Notes under the pieces: model-generated | What the model was told of the DNA's origin: nothing | Seen by the model: the letters and a program-made list of their open reading frames with translations, nothing else | Database searches by the model: none | Translations under genes and position numbers: made by a program | Assembly (NCBI GenBank): GCA_049999805.1 | Contig: JBNGIO010006237.1 | Coordinates: forward strand, 225,671-289,670 | Direction of reading: 5' to 3' | Source: Folioceros fuciformis | Taxonomy: Eukaryota | DNA length: 64,000 nucleotides | In this document: positions 24,088-40,682 of the stretch, in pieces | How the letters are laid out: every line of letters starts with the position of its first letter | Position numbering within the stretch: the first letter of the stretch is position 1

Positions 24088-24399
24088 CGGGCACGAGCCT
24101 GAGAGCCTCATTACCAGTGCGTCATTCAAGAGGACGAGGGAACCATAAGCAGAAAAATTGGGTGATGAGCCCATTTCCGAAACCCACCAGCCATTATTGG
24201 GTCATGGCGCTAACAAGCCACAACTAACCTCCATGTTTAACGAACCCATAATGAACGGGTGGTTTTACCATCTTTTTGAAGGAGGTTGTCGATACCTACC
24301 CTTTGTTTTAGCCTCCAAGAAAATTACAAACCATTCTATGCATGCTTAAGTCGAAGGGACAAACCTTTTCTAGGAACGGAATAGTTAAAGAACTCCGAT

Positions 24400-26250
24400 G
24401 TCATAAGCTATTATATGGACACTTAAGCCAAAGGGGCAAACCTTTTCTAGGAATAATATAATTAAGAACTATGATGTAATAGAAACCTTGAGAGAAAATA
24501 TTGAGAGGATGCTCCTTCTTCTATGTAGTCTAGTTCTTGAAGAAATGGAGTTTTAGAGCTCTTGTTTTTTCTCGAACTTAGGTTGCATTGGTTTGAAGGC
24601 AAAGATTTCCAAGTGCAAGGTTTGGTCCACTTCCAAGGTATTGCCTTCTTTGGTCTTCTTGAACTTAGGTTGCATTGGTTTGAAGGCAAAGATTTTCAAG
24701 TGCAAGGTTTGGTCCACTTCCAAGGTATTGCCTTCTTTGGTCTTCTCTAAGGGTGAAATTGCCTCCCTACAAGACCTTTGGGTTTTGAAGGTCCATTAGG
24801 AGCCTCTAGTCTTTGTCTAAGGCTTTGGACTTGGCTCATACAGATGACCTTTCAGATTAAGGGGATCTACAAGTGGCTTTTGACATCCTTTCCTCATGTT
24901 TTGCATATCATTTGGGGTACCTTCTTCACATGGCCCCCTTCTTCGACATTCATTATAAACTGGAGGAGCTTTGACAATAGGATATAGCATGTTTCTAGAA
25001 ATATAATCGACCATAGCACCTTGAAATGGAGCTATTGGTGTTGATGGCATTTCTTCAGAGCTAGGTCTTTTTAGCTCCTATCTATGCTGCTCATTTACTC
25101 ATCCAACATTCTTACATCTTGGAATCTTTTATCCTTGGAGTTGAGGAGGATGCCCTCCTTTTCCACATGTTCCTAAGATCAGCTAGGAGCTGTTTTTCTT
25201 CTATGGTTAGAGTTGCTATGTCTTAATTTTTTATCTCTTCTAGGGATGGGGATTTGAGGGCTCCAAGCTTAGTTTCTCGAGAAGAAATAAGAACAAGCGC
25301 AACTTAGTTCTCCTTAGGACTTTTCTATCTGTCGATTTGTTCAGGCATGCTCCACTTCTATCCAATCGATTTGTTAAGGCATGGCTCCACTTCTATCCAT
25401 CGACTTGTTCAGGCATGGCTCCATTCTTGCTCGAGGAAAGGGGCAAGTTCTTTGCTCTTGGCTCAACTTTGCATTCAAGCTTTTCGAATCGCATTAGCCA
25501 CATTCTCTATTGCATTGAGGTTTCCGCCTTGGTTTTAATGGGTCCAACCTTTGGCTTGCTCTCTCTCCTCTTGCAACTACATGCCTCGTCACCTAATATA
25601 TGCCTCGTCACCTAATAAATTTGGTACTCATCTTGCTAGTAGCCTCGATTAGGGGACAAAGCATTGCTACGCATGATGCTATGCATGATGTCATGGTTTT
25701 CTTCACCAAGGAGGCTAGTTTTCTACCCTGTAGGAGCGCCTATACACTTTGCTTAATGACTTTCAGGCTGATCTTTTCCTCATCGAAGGAGAACGCATTT
25801 ATGTTGTTGACGTGATCATAAGTAAACCTCTCTTGGATAGTTCTTTTATCCCTCTTGCCATGAAGACCCACAAGATCATATACAAGGTGCTTTCCAAGTT
25901 TGTGAAGACTCATGCCAAAGTAGTTTACAATAGGAGAAATGGGCTTAGGCTTAGTCTTCTCTTTCATGAATTGTAGCATTTTTTCATTAGAGGGTTTCCA
26001 TTCCACCATACTGAGCATTGGCTAATGCTATGGAAAGGGAATGATAATGGAGGTAGCATTAACGACTCTGATGGTAGTGGACCTTTCTTCCTTGCAGACC
26101 ATGATATCCTAGGTGCTACTGGCCATATTAGGTTCAATGGCTTCAAGGGCTAGCCATAGTAACCAGGTTACCTGGCCCTAGTGACTTGGTTATCTTTGGT
26201 GGTGGTTTGTCTCTCTCCTTCTTTAGGGATAGATGGTTTTCCTATCTTAT
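24400..26250 (-). mobile_element. Degenerate retroelement-like relic (zinc-knuckle-like remnant, many stops)
   Basis: AT-richer, no long ORF; minus-strand remnant ECRRRGHVKK...ICKT near 24890-24960; internal duplications. Confidence 0.4.
24574..24747. repeat. 87-bp tandem duplication (2 near-identical copies)
   Basis: gaacttaggttgcattggtttgaaggcaaagatt... starts at 24574 and 24661. Confidence 0.95.
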
Positions 26251-26851
26251 TTTTCTATTGCTGGAATCCATATATTACATTAGTTTTATTTTATAATAAT
26301 AAATATACATAACTATAATAATAAGATATAATTCATAGATATTTATTTAGAATTGTTACTTTTTTTCGAGTGTCTTTAATAATTCAGCAGGATTCCACTA
26401 TGATAGACGTCAGAAAGTTTGAAAGTATGAAATTTATTTAAAAAAATATACTTTAAAATTAACGAAAATATATATTAGGTATACCAACAGATAAATATCT
26501 TAACAGAAATAGGAACAATGCTGTTTGTCCACATAGATGCACAAATGTGGAGCACGATCGGATCGGATTCGATTCCAGCGAGTGTGAGAGAGAGATGTAC
26601 ATACACAAATCGTGCTTGCGCAGCAAAGGCCATGTTGTGGGCCAAGGTGTGACGTTTGCCTCTATCCCAAATCTGCTAGACGGCCTAGAGGCGGTTGCGT
26701 CCTCGCAAGTGCACCGGTTACAGTCGGTGAGCAGGATTCGTAACTCTGCCTGGGCCTCGGCCTTCACCAGCGTGTTGCCATCGTAGTGTCACACTGCTGA
26801 TTCTTGTGTCCTCTGAATCCTCTTGTGTGCACGCAGAAGCGAGCAATTGGC

Positions 26852-28083
26852 ATGGCGATGGCGGAGACCCTTGCCCGTACCTTTGTTTTCCGCCTCCCAG
26901 CTGCTGCTAGCGGCAGCAGCAGCAGCGGCACTGGCGGCGCCCGCGGGGGCTCCGCCCAGACTCTCTCACTCAAGCGCCTGGCGTGCATGCAGGTGAGCGG
27001 GAGAGTCGTAGTGGTGAGCAGGTGGCAGGCTCGGCAGCTCGTCCGTGCTGCTGCCGGGGAAGGCCCGGAGCTCGGGGTGGGAGTGGCGGAGGAGGAGGCT
27101 ACCTTCCTGCCTTCTGGAGAGTGGCCCGAGAATTTCTCCATGCTCAACTTTGAGGATTTGTCTGCCCATTATGAGCCTATCATCTTCAAGGCTGAGGTTG
27201 GCTCTCCTTTGTCATGCCCTTGTGCTCGTACGGCGGCGGCCGAACTCCTGAATTGCTTGATTTGGAGTGTTGGCCGGTGTAGCAGTGACGTCGCTTATCT
27301 GTGGGACGTTTGAGGGGTCCTCTGTAGTGATGGGCTTGGAACTAGGATGTTGTTGTTGGCCGGCATGCGTCGTATTTGTTTTACAAGCGGGCCCTGTGAA
27401 ATGAATAATGTGTAACGCATCACTTGCCCTATTTCTGTGCAGGCTCAACCATCAACGTTCTTAGCGGACGTGATGTCCAAGGTTATCTACACGGCGAGAG
27501 CCCACGACATTTTGGAGGAGGTGGACCACTTTTTCAACGAGATCTCTGGGTTGCCTGTGATTGACGCAGATCTCAGGTGCATTGGCGTCTTATCCAAGAA
27601 GGACAGAGCGAAGGCAACTCTAGGGGTGCGTCGTTTTCTGTACTTCATTTGCTGCACTGTTGTGTCATCCGTGTTGTTGCTCCCTCTCTAAATCCAATGC
27701 ATGTTGCAGCTGAGGTCCACTGTTGGGGAGGTCATGAGCTCGCCAGCTATCACTTTATCTGCCGACAAAACCGTCTCAGGTGTGTATATTTCCGTCTCGT
27801 GTTCCATGGTTTCGTCTCCTTCCTATGTCTTTGCAGTGATAGTTGATTCTCACACTGGTGTTGGTTTGGACAGACGCCGCTGTGCTGATGTTGAAGAACA
27901 AAATTCACCGCATCCCTGTCGTCAACGAATCTCAGCAAGTCGTAGGTGAGGCGTGCTTTCTTTCAACCTTTTTTCAACAGCTTGGTGGAGGTATTTTGGC
28001 TTGTCGAGTTATTGAAACCAGCACGTCCTGCAGGAATTGTGACCAGGACTGACATATTCACCGCTTTGGGAGGAGGGAAGTAG
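26852..28083 (+). CDS. Plastid-targeted CBS-pair (Bateman domain, CBSX-like) protein, 5 exons
   Basis: Ser/Ala-rich transit peptide; LADVMS, ISGLPVID, TVGEVMSSPAITL, DAAVLMLKNKIHRIPVVN, VGIVTRTDIF; stop TAG 28081-28083. Confidence 0.88.
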
Positions 28084-28818
28084 CCCGACAACATGGAGCA
28101 GGGGGGCCGTTTGTGTCAGCTGCCCGTCTTGTGTACTTGTAGTTCAGCTTGGTCATCATCCAGCCTGGTGTTCAGAGAATCTCTTTTGTGAAAACCTTGT
28201 CTTCCCCACTCCTGTGAGTTCTAGCGGACTACGGCCAATCAAAAGGAGGAGATCTTGCACATGCAGCCGGTGCCTCGGTTGAGTGGGAACATCATCTGCA
28301 TGGGTCACAGCAACTGTAGACCGATCTCATGCAGATACAGCCTCTTCTGGATGGTCGGTGAGAAAGGTTCTAGCCCTGTGTGGTCTGTCAATGCATGTAG
28401 TTGTTAGACGTGTACAGGTGTGTCGAGTTCGGGCTTACCCAGTCCTTCGGGGGCTTAAAACTGCAAACACCATGGTTTCCGAAATATGAACTTGGTTGTG
28501 ACTCCAACGTAACTAACCAGAGTGGTTGATCCTTAACACCCGAAGATCGTTGTCATCGCCAGAGCACAGGAGATAACGCCTGCGGCGAATTCGGTGAGGT
28601 TGGCAGGTAGGTAGCTTCTCCCAGACAAGGAAGCATGCATTTCCGGCCCGGCTTCTGGTCTCTCTAAAACGGGAAACAAGAGCTTTCCGTTTCGACACCA
28701 GATTCCAGATCCTCGCCCACTACATAAAATTCTCCGCTTTCTCGGACGTTGGTCGCCATCATTTGGCAGCAGTAGAGTTACAAGAATTCCTGCTGATCTT
28801 GTGCGCAGCAAGTTCGTC

Positions 28819-30750
<1,932 letters not shown>

Positions 30751-31014
30751 GGTACCCTTCACCTTATGGTCGACCACGTGCCTAATGCTACAAACAATCC
30801 ATGGAACTTGCAAACGTGCAAAGGTTTGTATCTGTATACTACAGAGCGACAAGGCAGTCTACATGCGTAAAGTACGCGGAACGGAAAACGTGAATCCCAA
30901 GTTTTTGTTTGAGACGAACCTTGAGGAGGTAGCAGAATGGTCAGATTGACCTGATCCGATTCTCCCCTGAAACAGTTTAACTAGATTTGTTTAATGACAC
31001 TGTGCAAGCTCGTT

Positions 31015-31683
31015 TCACATCTTAAATTGTCGCTCTGCAGCAAACTCTATTTTCTGTCCTGTGGACCGAAAGTAGTGGTTCTCTAGCTCCCTCAGAGACT
31101 CCGCAGCCTGCTCCGCTATTGTCGCCAGCAACCGATCCGCTTCCTGGCTGTCCTCGGAAAACTTGGCCACCCGTTGTTCCACATGGTTGTTCAAAGCCAG
31201 GAAGTCCGAAAACACGGCTGTTTGTTTCAGCTCCGACACAAGCTTCAGCAACACATCAGCAGCCTGGACCTGTCGGATAACGAAATTAACAGAGGAAATC
31301 AAAACCTTGAGGTTCAGTACACAAGTTAAAAGAAACAAACGAACAGACACGCACAGCATCCTCTAACCTACCACGCGGGAAGAGTGCACTTCCATCTGAA
31401 ATACCTCCTGCGCGGTCCTCACAGAATCGACAGCCACCTGCAAAAATCAAATCACCTCGTGCGACTCAACAACTGAGGCATCAAGCCGCTCCCTCTGCCT
31501 TGCCAGAATGCTCACCCGTGAAGCCTTCATCAGATGGGAGAAATTGTCCAGCATGCTCGTAATTTCCGAGTCAGCACGCTGCAACAACGTCCGTTGCCTC
31601 TGTGCAGCCGCGGCCGCCGCGGCTGCAGTCAGAGCGACAGCTCCTCCGCCCGCTCCCGCACCAACGACCGTGGGCTTGCTCAT
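31015..31683 (-). CDS. MED22: Mediator of RNA polymerase II transcription subunit 22, 3 exons
   Basis: [34 protein letters not shown]...[35 protein letters not shown]...[11 protein letters not shown]. Confidence 0.9.
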
Positions 31684-31937
31684 CCTTGCTCTCTTCTCGT
31701 GCGTTCGAAACTTCACCACGCTTTGGCAACAGAAATCGCAGCCAGGAGTGGGCCTTAATAAACCATGATGTCTCACATATATACACAGTATTTTGGGATT
31801 TTATTGTCGCAACTGTGTACACGACAGAATTTATTTTGCTAAAACATAGCTCTCGCCACTTGGCATCCTCGGCGTCTGGTCCTTGTACTCGGCTTTCCCA
31901 GTCGGTTCCTCGGTAGCGGACATTACAGCCAGACGCT

Positions 31938-34900
31938 ATGTTCTACTCGCACCAGCTGCTCAGTAGGAAGGGGCCCCTCGGGCAGATCTGGTGCGCAATT
32001 GCGCCTCCTTTTCCCCCTCAGATGGCACCTGATTAGCTCTGGCAATTGGAGATCGGAGCTTCCTGCTTTTGTCCAAGTTGCTGGCTGGCATTATGTGTGG
32101 GAAAGAATTTTGTGCGATTCGCTTTTGCCCATCTTGTGCAGGATTGCAGCCACTATGCGGGCTAAATTGTCACGGAAGAAGGCCGAGAGCCTGGATATTC
32201 GTGAGTTGTGGTAGGTGTGAACTTGTGAATCTGATAATGAATTCACCAGCTGCAATCGTGGATCTGCATTACGATCTGAGAATGTGCTCACGATCTCAAA
32301 GTTTCCGCTCAATGTTTCTCCTCCCCACGCTCCGCAGCATGCAAGTATTGTATCCACAAGTCCCCCTTGCTCTCCGACTGTCAGGCATTCTTATGGGCAA
32401 GTCTTGCTTTCGCAAATGATTACGGTCTCTGTTCTGCGATTTTCTTTCCTCAATCGTAGTCCCTCTGTTGTGCAGGGGGAATCGTCGCAGTTTACAGACG
32501 GAAGGTGAACTTGCTTTACGGTAACGTATCTGCGCTTGTCGAGTCAGATCTGTTCTCTGGTTCAACAGCTTAACGATAGATGCTGAAAGGAGCTTTCCGC
32601 TTCTCCAGCCAGCGAGCTTGAGATAGTGTGGGCATTTGTCTTCACTTGGTGTACACTTTCATGCCTATCGTCTTGTAGTTTCTGACAGTCTGTTCATACT
32701 GTTTTGACCCCTGTTCATGTGGTGAAGATGACGCCCAGCAGTTTCTGGTAATCGTTCATTTCTCAGCCTTGCTTCCTTGAAATGTTACTGTGAACTTCCT
32801 TAAGAGTGCTGCAGGGCCCTATCAATGTGCATGCTTGCAGATCAAAGTACAAATAGCAATCACCGCTGAGGAGAAAAGGGAGGTCTCAGTCAATTTGCCC
32901 CGAGGAAAGCAAATTGCAAGGTAGGTTTGACACTCCACAGTCTGAGTCCAAAGTCAGACCCACCTTAAGCCCTGCAGGATGTTAATTGGGCTTTGGGGTA
33001 AGATTTGAAGCCATCACCATGGACTATACCTTTGACAACTTCGACGAAATTGAGCATTTGATGCTCCGTCCTGCTACTCCTGCGCGTGAGGGAGATCTTG
33101 CTGAGGTATACCCTTCGAATTCATCATCAACCCGTGCACAATGGTGGACTGGAAATGTCTGAAGTATTTACTTAGGCTTGCATAAATTTTCGCAGGAGGA
33201 AGATAGAATAATAATTCCACGGAGGAGACGATCAAATGCACAAGTGACCGGTGATGCAAACATCGCAGCCTCAAGCTTAGACTATGCGGCTGCAAATCAA
33301 GGTGTGGCCGGGACTAGACTTGAAGTTTACATTCATGGGTCATGCACTACCAGCTGGATTCCAGTGGTGCCGGCAGCTCTCATGCTCAGCACCTTGTTTA
33401 CTGGACGGTTTGGGTGGGTGACACTGCACAGCCCAACTCGAAGACATCACATTGCCAGAAGACTTGCTTTGTTACGAGGAAAGCTTACAAAACAGGTCTG
33501 CCTGCAAACGTCTGCCTTCGTGTGAACCTTTGACCACAAGAAATGGCATCAGCGTGTTTTCTAACGTTTCTCAGATGACAGGGAATTCGAGGACGAGCGC
33601 TTCCCACCAGCTGACGACTTCTTCCCGCCTGACGATCTCCAGCTAGGTATATTTTGCAGCCCTAGAACAATTTGAGTAAATTTTGTCAGCTTCTCGAGAT
33701 GAGAGTTTGGAGAGCTCAGAGGCCTGTCCGAGCTTGCAGATACAAGTAGAGCAAACTGAGCGCGCCGCGTGAACGTTATCGGTTGACAAGTCATTTAAAT
33801 TGTCATTCCCTTTCAGATGATTTCAATGTACAAGAACCTGTTCCTGTTGCGGAACAGCCAATTGAGAATCTGGTGGAAGAGCCAATGGAGACTGTATATA
33901 GGGTGCCACTTGACACACACGAGGCCGTTGAAAGGGCCTCCAGCCCTTCTTTTCATCTACCGGCTCATACCGCTGGTGGAAGTGCCAATGAGACTGTACA
34001 GAACAGTGAAAGGAGCTCGGAACCACAACTGCAGATTCCCGCAGACAGCAATCAAGCTTTAGATGTTATCCCTGTACCAGATCTTCCTGCAGAAGATCTA
34101 GAGATGCTCCAAGAAGGGCCCAAATCGGTTGAGATTCTCATCCTCCTCATTTTGTGAAGTGCGCTATGTCTGTACTAACTTGAGCTCGATGCTGGTCACA
34201 TCTGATTCAGTGGAGTTACGTTGTCCTTCACACGTCCTGATTGTTGCAGCCGGACATTACCCCTGCTCCACCACCAAGGAAGCGAAGAGCAAGACAAGTG
34301 CATGCTCCTGAGGTATACATCGATTATGAGGCGCCCGAGATTGCGATACAGACCTTTCGGGAGTGGTTGGAGGACTCCTCCGATTTAGTGGGCAGGCGCG
34401 CATCCTCTCAGGTGAAGATCACTTGTTTCCCGCGAGAGGTCCATCTGTTAACGAACCAATAACCTATCTATTCACCTGGCTTGTGTCCTCATAGAAGCAC
34501 CCGCAAGAAATCCATTTCGAGACTGTCCTCAAACTCCCATCGACAGGATTGTCCTGGAAGTCTTTGGTAGATGGTCCACAGTCCCAGTGGCCGCCGAGCC
34601 TACTCGAGCTATGGACTCAAAGTGTATCGGGTAACTGGAAAAAGTCCGACATTGCACACAAGGAGGAGAATACATTGATTTCAGATCCAACATCGACGGA
34701 AGAAAAGCAGGGAGATATCGAGCCAGCGTCCACTGAAGAAAATAATGGTGTGCTCGTTTAACCTTTCAACCCGCAGTCTGTCGCGTGCTTATCCGAATGT
34801 AGATTGTCGGCAGGAGCATTTGAATGCTTGTTTTTTCATGTTCAGAGAATGAGCCTTCTGGACAGGGCGACCTCAACATGCAACCACCGGCAGTCGGGAT

Positions 34901-36134
34901 GCCAAAGGAAGTGTCTCACATGGAGAGCATGTCATTGGAACAAGTACCTACAGCAATGTCAATCCATCATTTGCCCTGCCCGTCCTGGAAAACTTGGTAG
35001 CCAACCTGCGTCATATTCAAACATACTGTAGGTACCATACGAAAAGAAAGAATCTCAGGACTACGGCTCTGTGGAGAAGCTGCGACAGGCACTTCATACT
35101 CCATCGACACAAAATGAATTCGGGAACGACTTGGGCTTCACCCCTTCGATGTCAGGTTTGGTACAATGTCTGCTGTTGGTGGCTGTTGCCTAATACGCGG
35201 TTGGATTCCGAATGCAAGCCTTTTAAAATCCCACCGAGAAGTGTGCAAAAACAGGTAGCCACGAAGGGAGCGCGTGGTCAAAGCGTCGGGGTTCCACCTC
35301 CGTCTCTGGGGCACTGATGCTGGACCCTGAAATAGACCTAGCCACGTCGGGAAGGTGTGGCATATCTGCAGAACCCCTTATTGTTCAGCTCCAGGTAGCC
35401 AGCCAGAGTGGTCACAGTACACTGTTGACACTACTGTGTGTTTTGGCTTGCAGATCAAAACGTCGTCGGCACACTCACACAGTGACAAGAAGCGTCTCAC
35501 CAGGGGCTGCTGATGTACCTGATGGTGACATGGCACCGGATTTCATGGACAAAACTTGCCAAGGAGATGACCCCACAAGTCTCCCAGGTTCTCTTACTCA
35601 ATTTGGTACGTATTCTTCTGGCTGCAAGCCGTAGTCGATCAGGATGAAACACCATTTTCCATCTCACATCGTCAAAATTGAAATACGCCATCCTTTCAGA
35701 GCTGCTTGAAGACACCTTCAAACCCTCAGTCCAGATAGCAGATCTCAAGCAACCCGAGGACACGATCACGACACAGCTCCTGGAGTAAGTGCTCCGTCTC
35801 CTGTGCCTGAAGTGACCTGGAAGCTGTTGCCGTTTATGACCTTAACACCAATTCCAGGTACTTGAGAGAACTGTTCCATTCAGCACGAGCACCTTCCCGG
35901 CTATCTTTAAATGAGCTGACTGCAGCCTTGGAGAAGTACCAAGCTGCACGACTTTTCTACCAAATTACAGGTCAGTGAGGCAACAATGCAAACCATTCAT
36001 TAGGATGAAACGCTGTGCACCCAGTAAACTCTTCTACCCCCGGTATGGCAGTTTTGACATCAAATAGGTGCCTCATTGCTGAACAAAATGAAGCCTACGG
36101 GGACATCTTCATTTCCCCGGGAACGTACCTCTAG
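31938..36134 (+). CDS. REC8: Meiotic cohesin alpha-kleisin REC8/SYN1, many short exons
   Basis: MFYSHQLLSRKGPLGQIW-IAATMRAKLSRKK, PQVPLALRLSGILMGG; C-terminal winged helix AARLFYQ...EQNEAYGDIFISPGTYL*. Confidence 0.9.
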
Positions 36135-36483
36135 CCTGAGGTCTCCGGGACCTTCGAGAAGCTTGCAGCAAATACCGATTGGCAAGCTGGCAAGCTTCTA
36201 AAAGCTCAAGCACTACAGTCTGGCAAACCATTTTAGTTCATCAGACACAGAGAAGAGAGACACTTGGCAGCAATTAGTGCAAAATAATCAGATGAACGGG
36301 ATTCATACTTCATAGCGATGAAGTAGATTATCAGCCGCTTTCCTACAGAGTCATGACCAATTTGAGGCAGACGATGGGAAAAAATTTTCCATTATGGCTG
36401 TACATGAGGGCTACTGTTGCAGCCTTGCTCGGCCTCCCTTGGGAAGGTCAAGGCATGAAAGAATGGGGTGGCTGGCTAATCGG

Positions 36484-38541
36484 CTATGAATGTTGTACAG
36501 AAGCGGCTGATGGCAATCCTGCCTTCGTTTTCACGGGGGCCTCCAGATGCCCTGTCCGGGAGTTGAAGAAGCGCGAATGATCATCATCTAATTCCGCCAC
36601 CCCAAAACTGGGAGGCTCGAACTTGCTTTCGGCGAAGATCGAAGCCATGGACTGCTCTGGACCCGTCCTCGCCCACCACCTGCTCCTGTCCATGGCCTCC
36701 TTGGCCGCGTCCAAATTGAGAGCCGTATCTTGGGGGAAGGGAGGGTGGAAAGGGGCGGAGTCCTCGGGCTCGCTGTGATGGGGGTCATGGCCGGGGGGAG
36801 GTTCCTCCTCCTGCAACGGCTTGACGTTCTCTGGCATCCAGCTGGGGTAATTTTGCCTGAAGCTGGCCATAGACTTGCTCATCTTCTCATCGTCGTCCAT
36901 GGCGGGGGAGGTGCCGTCGAAGACGCTGAGGCTGCAAACATGACCGACACCCGGAATGAGGATGGTGGAGTTGTGCACGAACGCCAGGATGTCGTCCACG
37001 AAGTGCGGCAGCACAAAGCAGAGGAGGAAGGGCGTGATAAAGATGGAGGCCATCTCCTGCAGAAACTCCACAGCTCTGTACTGAAAGAGCTTTTGAAACT
37101 CGGTCCGGACCCGCTCGGAGCTCTCCTGCCCTACCCAGTGCTCGGGCTGGTAGTGCGTATGATGCACCACGCTCTGCATTACGGATTCCGGGCTGGATTC
37201 CAGAAAGTCTTGGGAGATGAAGGAGCGGCTGAGCACCGAAAGAGTGCCAAACACAGCCACATACCAGCCCACCTCGTGGCCGAAGAGCGCCGCCTGCAAC
37301 ACCGTCTCGTGCAGTACCACCGTGCCCAAGAGCACCATGGCGAAGGCCCCCGAGACATAGGACACCACCTTGGCCACCACCAGTAGGGTGGGGCTGGAGG
37401 GGAACAGCTTTAGGTACTCCACCGCGTGCTTGTAGCTGGCATCCAAGCGGAGCTTGAGGCAGTGATCCAGCTCGTTGAACTCCCGGAAGGTCCATCTAGC
37501 AAGGTTCGACCAGTCCCGGAAGCCTGCTGTGCTAGGCCTGTGGTAGAACTGCTCCCCGTTCTTCATGAGAAAGTACATGAGCATGAGGATGAAGTAAAAG
37601 GGGGAGAGCAGCAGCGTGGCACCACCCAGCGCCCGGAGCCTCCTGCGAATCACGTCCGGCCTGCGAGTGAAGTCGGGCTTGATTAGAAAATTGCTGTCAT
37701 ACATGTGGTGCAGGATGCACCAATTTAAGCTCCACTCCAGGGTCTTGGTGAGCAGCGGTCGCTTCCGATTGCCCTGCGCATCATGGTGGCCCTGGAATGG
37801 GCCAGCCCCCGGCACCCAGGACGGCACCGGCAGCGAAATCAACCCCTGGTTCAACATGGCTATTAGCCAGTTCTCCCTCCGCATGATCCTGCTCACAATG
37901 TCCGGCGCCGACAGGTCCCGCACGATGCACAACCGCTTCCGGCTCTGTACCTCCACCAGCCTCTCCACCACCTCCGCCCATGGGGCCTTTTGCAACTCCT
38001 CCTCCCCCAACCCTAAATCCGAGTGAAAGAACCTGCGGATCACTAAATTGTCCCGCAACTGCGGAAAGAATCGCAAAAAACATATGAGCCAGTGCGCGCT
38101 GAAGATGAGGAGGTAGAGCACCACAACCGCCTTGTAAACCGTGAAAGGCCGCAATGGGTCCAGGTGCACCCCTTCCCGCGCCAGTTCACAGCGATTGCTT
38201 CCCTGTCCGCAGTGCAGCACTCCATCCCAATTCACCACTAGCAACAGGAAGCCCGAGAAGCACACGGTGAAGCCGAAGGTGAAGAGCTCCGCTGCCCACC
38301 GCACCGTGATGTGCACCAAACCCTTCTCCGTGTGGTAGTAGTAGATCTGGCGGAAGAAGGTGTCCAAATCCTGGATCGCCAACCGCTTCACGCTGCCCTC
38401 TCCCTCCTCCAAAAATTCGTGTGGGCTGGGGCCGTCCGACAGCGCCTGGTACTCGTGCATCTCCACCTCGACATGGCCACCATCACCATCACCATACTTC
38501 TCCGTGTCCTCAGGGCTCCTCCACAGCCGCAAACTCTTCAT
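36484..38541 (-). CDS. ATG9: Autophagy-related protein 9 (lipid scramblase), single exon
   Basis: IQDLDTFFRQIYYYHTEKG, IVSRIMRRENWLIAMLN, LTKTLEWSLNWCI, WSNLARWTFREFNELDH, VVHHTHYQPEHW, LQEMASIFITPF, GVGHVCSLSVF; first ATG at 38541. Confidence 0.95.
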   Translation of the reverse strand: MKSLRLWRSPEDTEKYGDGDGGHVEVEMHEYQALSDGPSPHEFLEEGEGSVKRLAIQDLDTFFRQIYYYHTEKGLVHITVRWAAELFTFGFTVCFSGFLLLVVNWDGVLHCGQGSNRCELAREGVHLDPLRPFTVYKAVVVLYLLIFSAHWLICFLRFFPQLRDNLVIRRFFHSDLGLGEEELQKAPWAEVVERLVEVQSRKRLCIVRDLSAPDIVSRIMRRENWLIAMLNQGLISLPVPSWVPGAGPFQGHHDAQGNRKRPLLTKTLEWSLNWCILHHMYDSNFLIKPDFTRRPDVIRRRLRALGGATLLLSPFYFILMLMYFLMKNGEQFYHRPSTAGFRDWSNLARWTFREFNELDHCLKLRLDASYKHAVEYLKLFPSSPTLLVVAKVVSYVSGAFAMVLLGTVVLHETVLQAALFGHEVGWYVAVFGTLSVLSRSFISQDFLESSPESVMQSVVHHTHYQPEHWVGQESSERVRTEFQKLFQYRAVEFLQEMASIFITPFLLCFVLPHFVDDILAFVHNSTILIPGVGHVCSLSVFDGTSPAMDDDEKMSKSMASFRQNYPSWMPENVKPLQEEEPPPGHDPHHSEPEDSAPFHPPFPQDTALNLDAAKEAMDRSRWWARTGPEQSMASIFAESKFEPPSFGVAELDDDHSRFFNSRTGHLEAPVKTKAGLPSAASVQHS

Positions 38542-38875
38542 CGCCTGCCTTCGCTCATGTCTGCCTCCCACTACACGGAGCCACACAGGCGCGCTGCTGC
38601 TCCTCCTCCGTCCAATTCACAGGCCCCGAATCCGGCCCCGCCGGACCTTCACACGCGCATGCACGCACCGGCTCCTCTTCGTCCGCCCTAAAGCCGCCTA
38701 CTGCCCCCCTTTCTTTCGGCTGGCTGCCTGGCTGCCTTCACGCTCACGCCTGCGCCTCGATCCTGTCGTGGGCAACCCCGGCCCTTTGTTGAGTAACCAC
38801 GGGTCTTCCATGCGATTCCTAGGGGTTTAAAAAGCCCCAAGCTTTTCGAAATCGAAACCACATATTCCATGTACT

Positions 38876-39110
38876 GTACATACACACATACATACATACA
38901 TACATACATACATACATGTCTGCATACATACATACAAACATACATACGTACATACATACATACATACATACATACATACTGCATACATACATACATACAT
39001 ACATACATACATACTGCATACATACATACATACATACATACATACATACATACATACATACATACATGTCTGCATACAGACACTAATGTGTGTGCGATAC
39101 ATACATATAT
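38876..39110. repeat. Imperfect (TACA)n microsatellite between divergent ATG9 and GMD
   Basis: catacatacata... with periodic tgtctgca/ctgca interruptions. Confidence 0.97.
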
Positions 39111-39195
39111 AGCCCACAACAAGGCTTTGCCAAACTGGGCTGGCCTGCTCCTCTTCTCTTCCCCGCCCAATGAGCTCCTACTGGTAGCCAGGACG

Positions 39196-40440
<1,245 letters not shown>

Positions 40441-40682
40441 CGAGCTCACGGTCTGCAGCGGGTACATTTGTCTCCCAACTTGCAAGCGGCTTTCAGAGAA
40501 AGGTAATTTCACAACGGCGCTCTCCACATCCTTCGATTGATTCCTCATCCAAAAATTTATTTTCGGTGTGCTGGTTTCCCGGCCTGCTTGGTTCCTGATT
40601 TCCAGGAGTGATTTTCTTTTTTCTGCCTTTGCGTATAGGCTTCGTTCCCCCTTTCCATCCTTGGTCTATTGATTCTGCCCGC

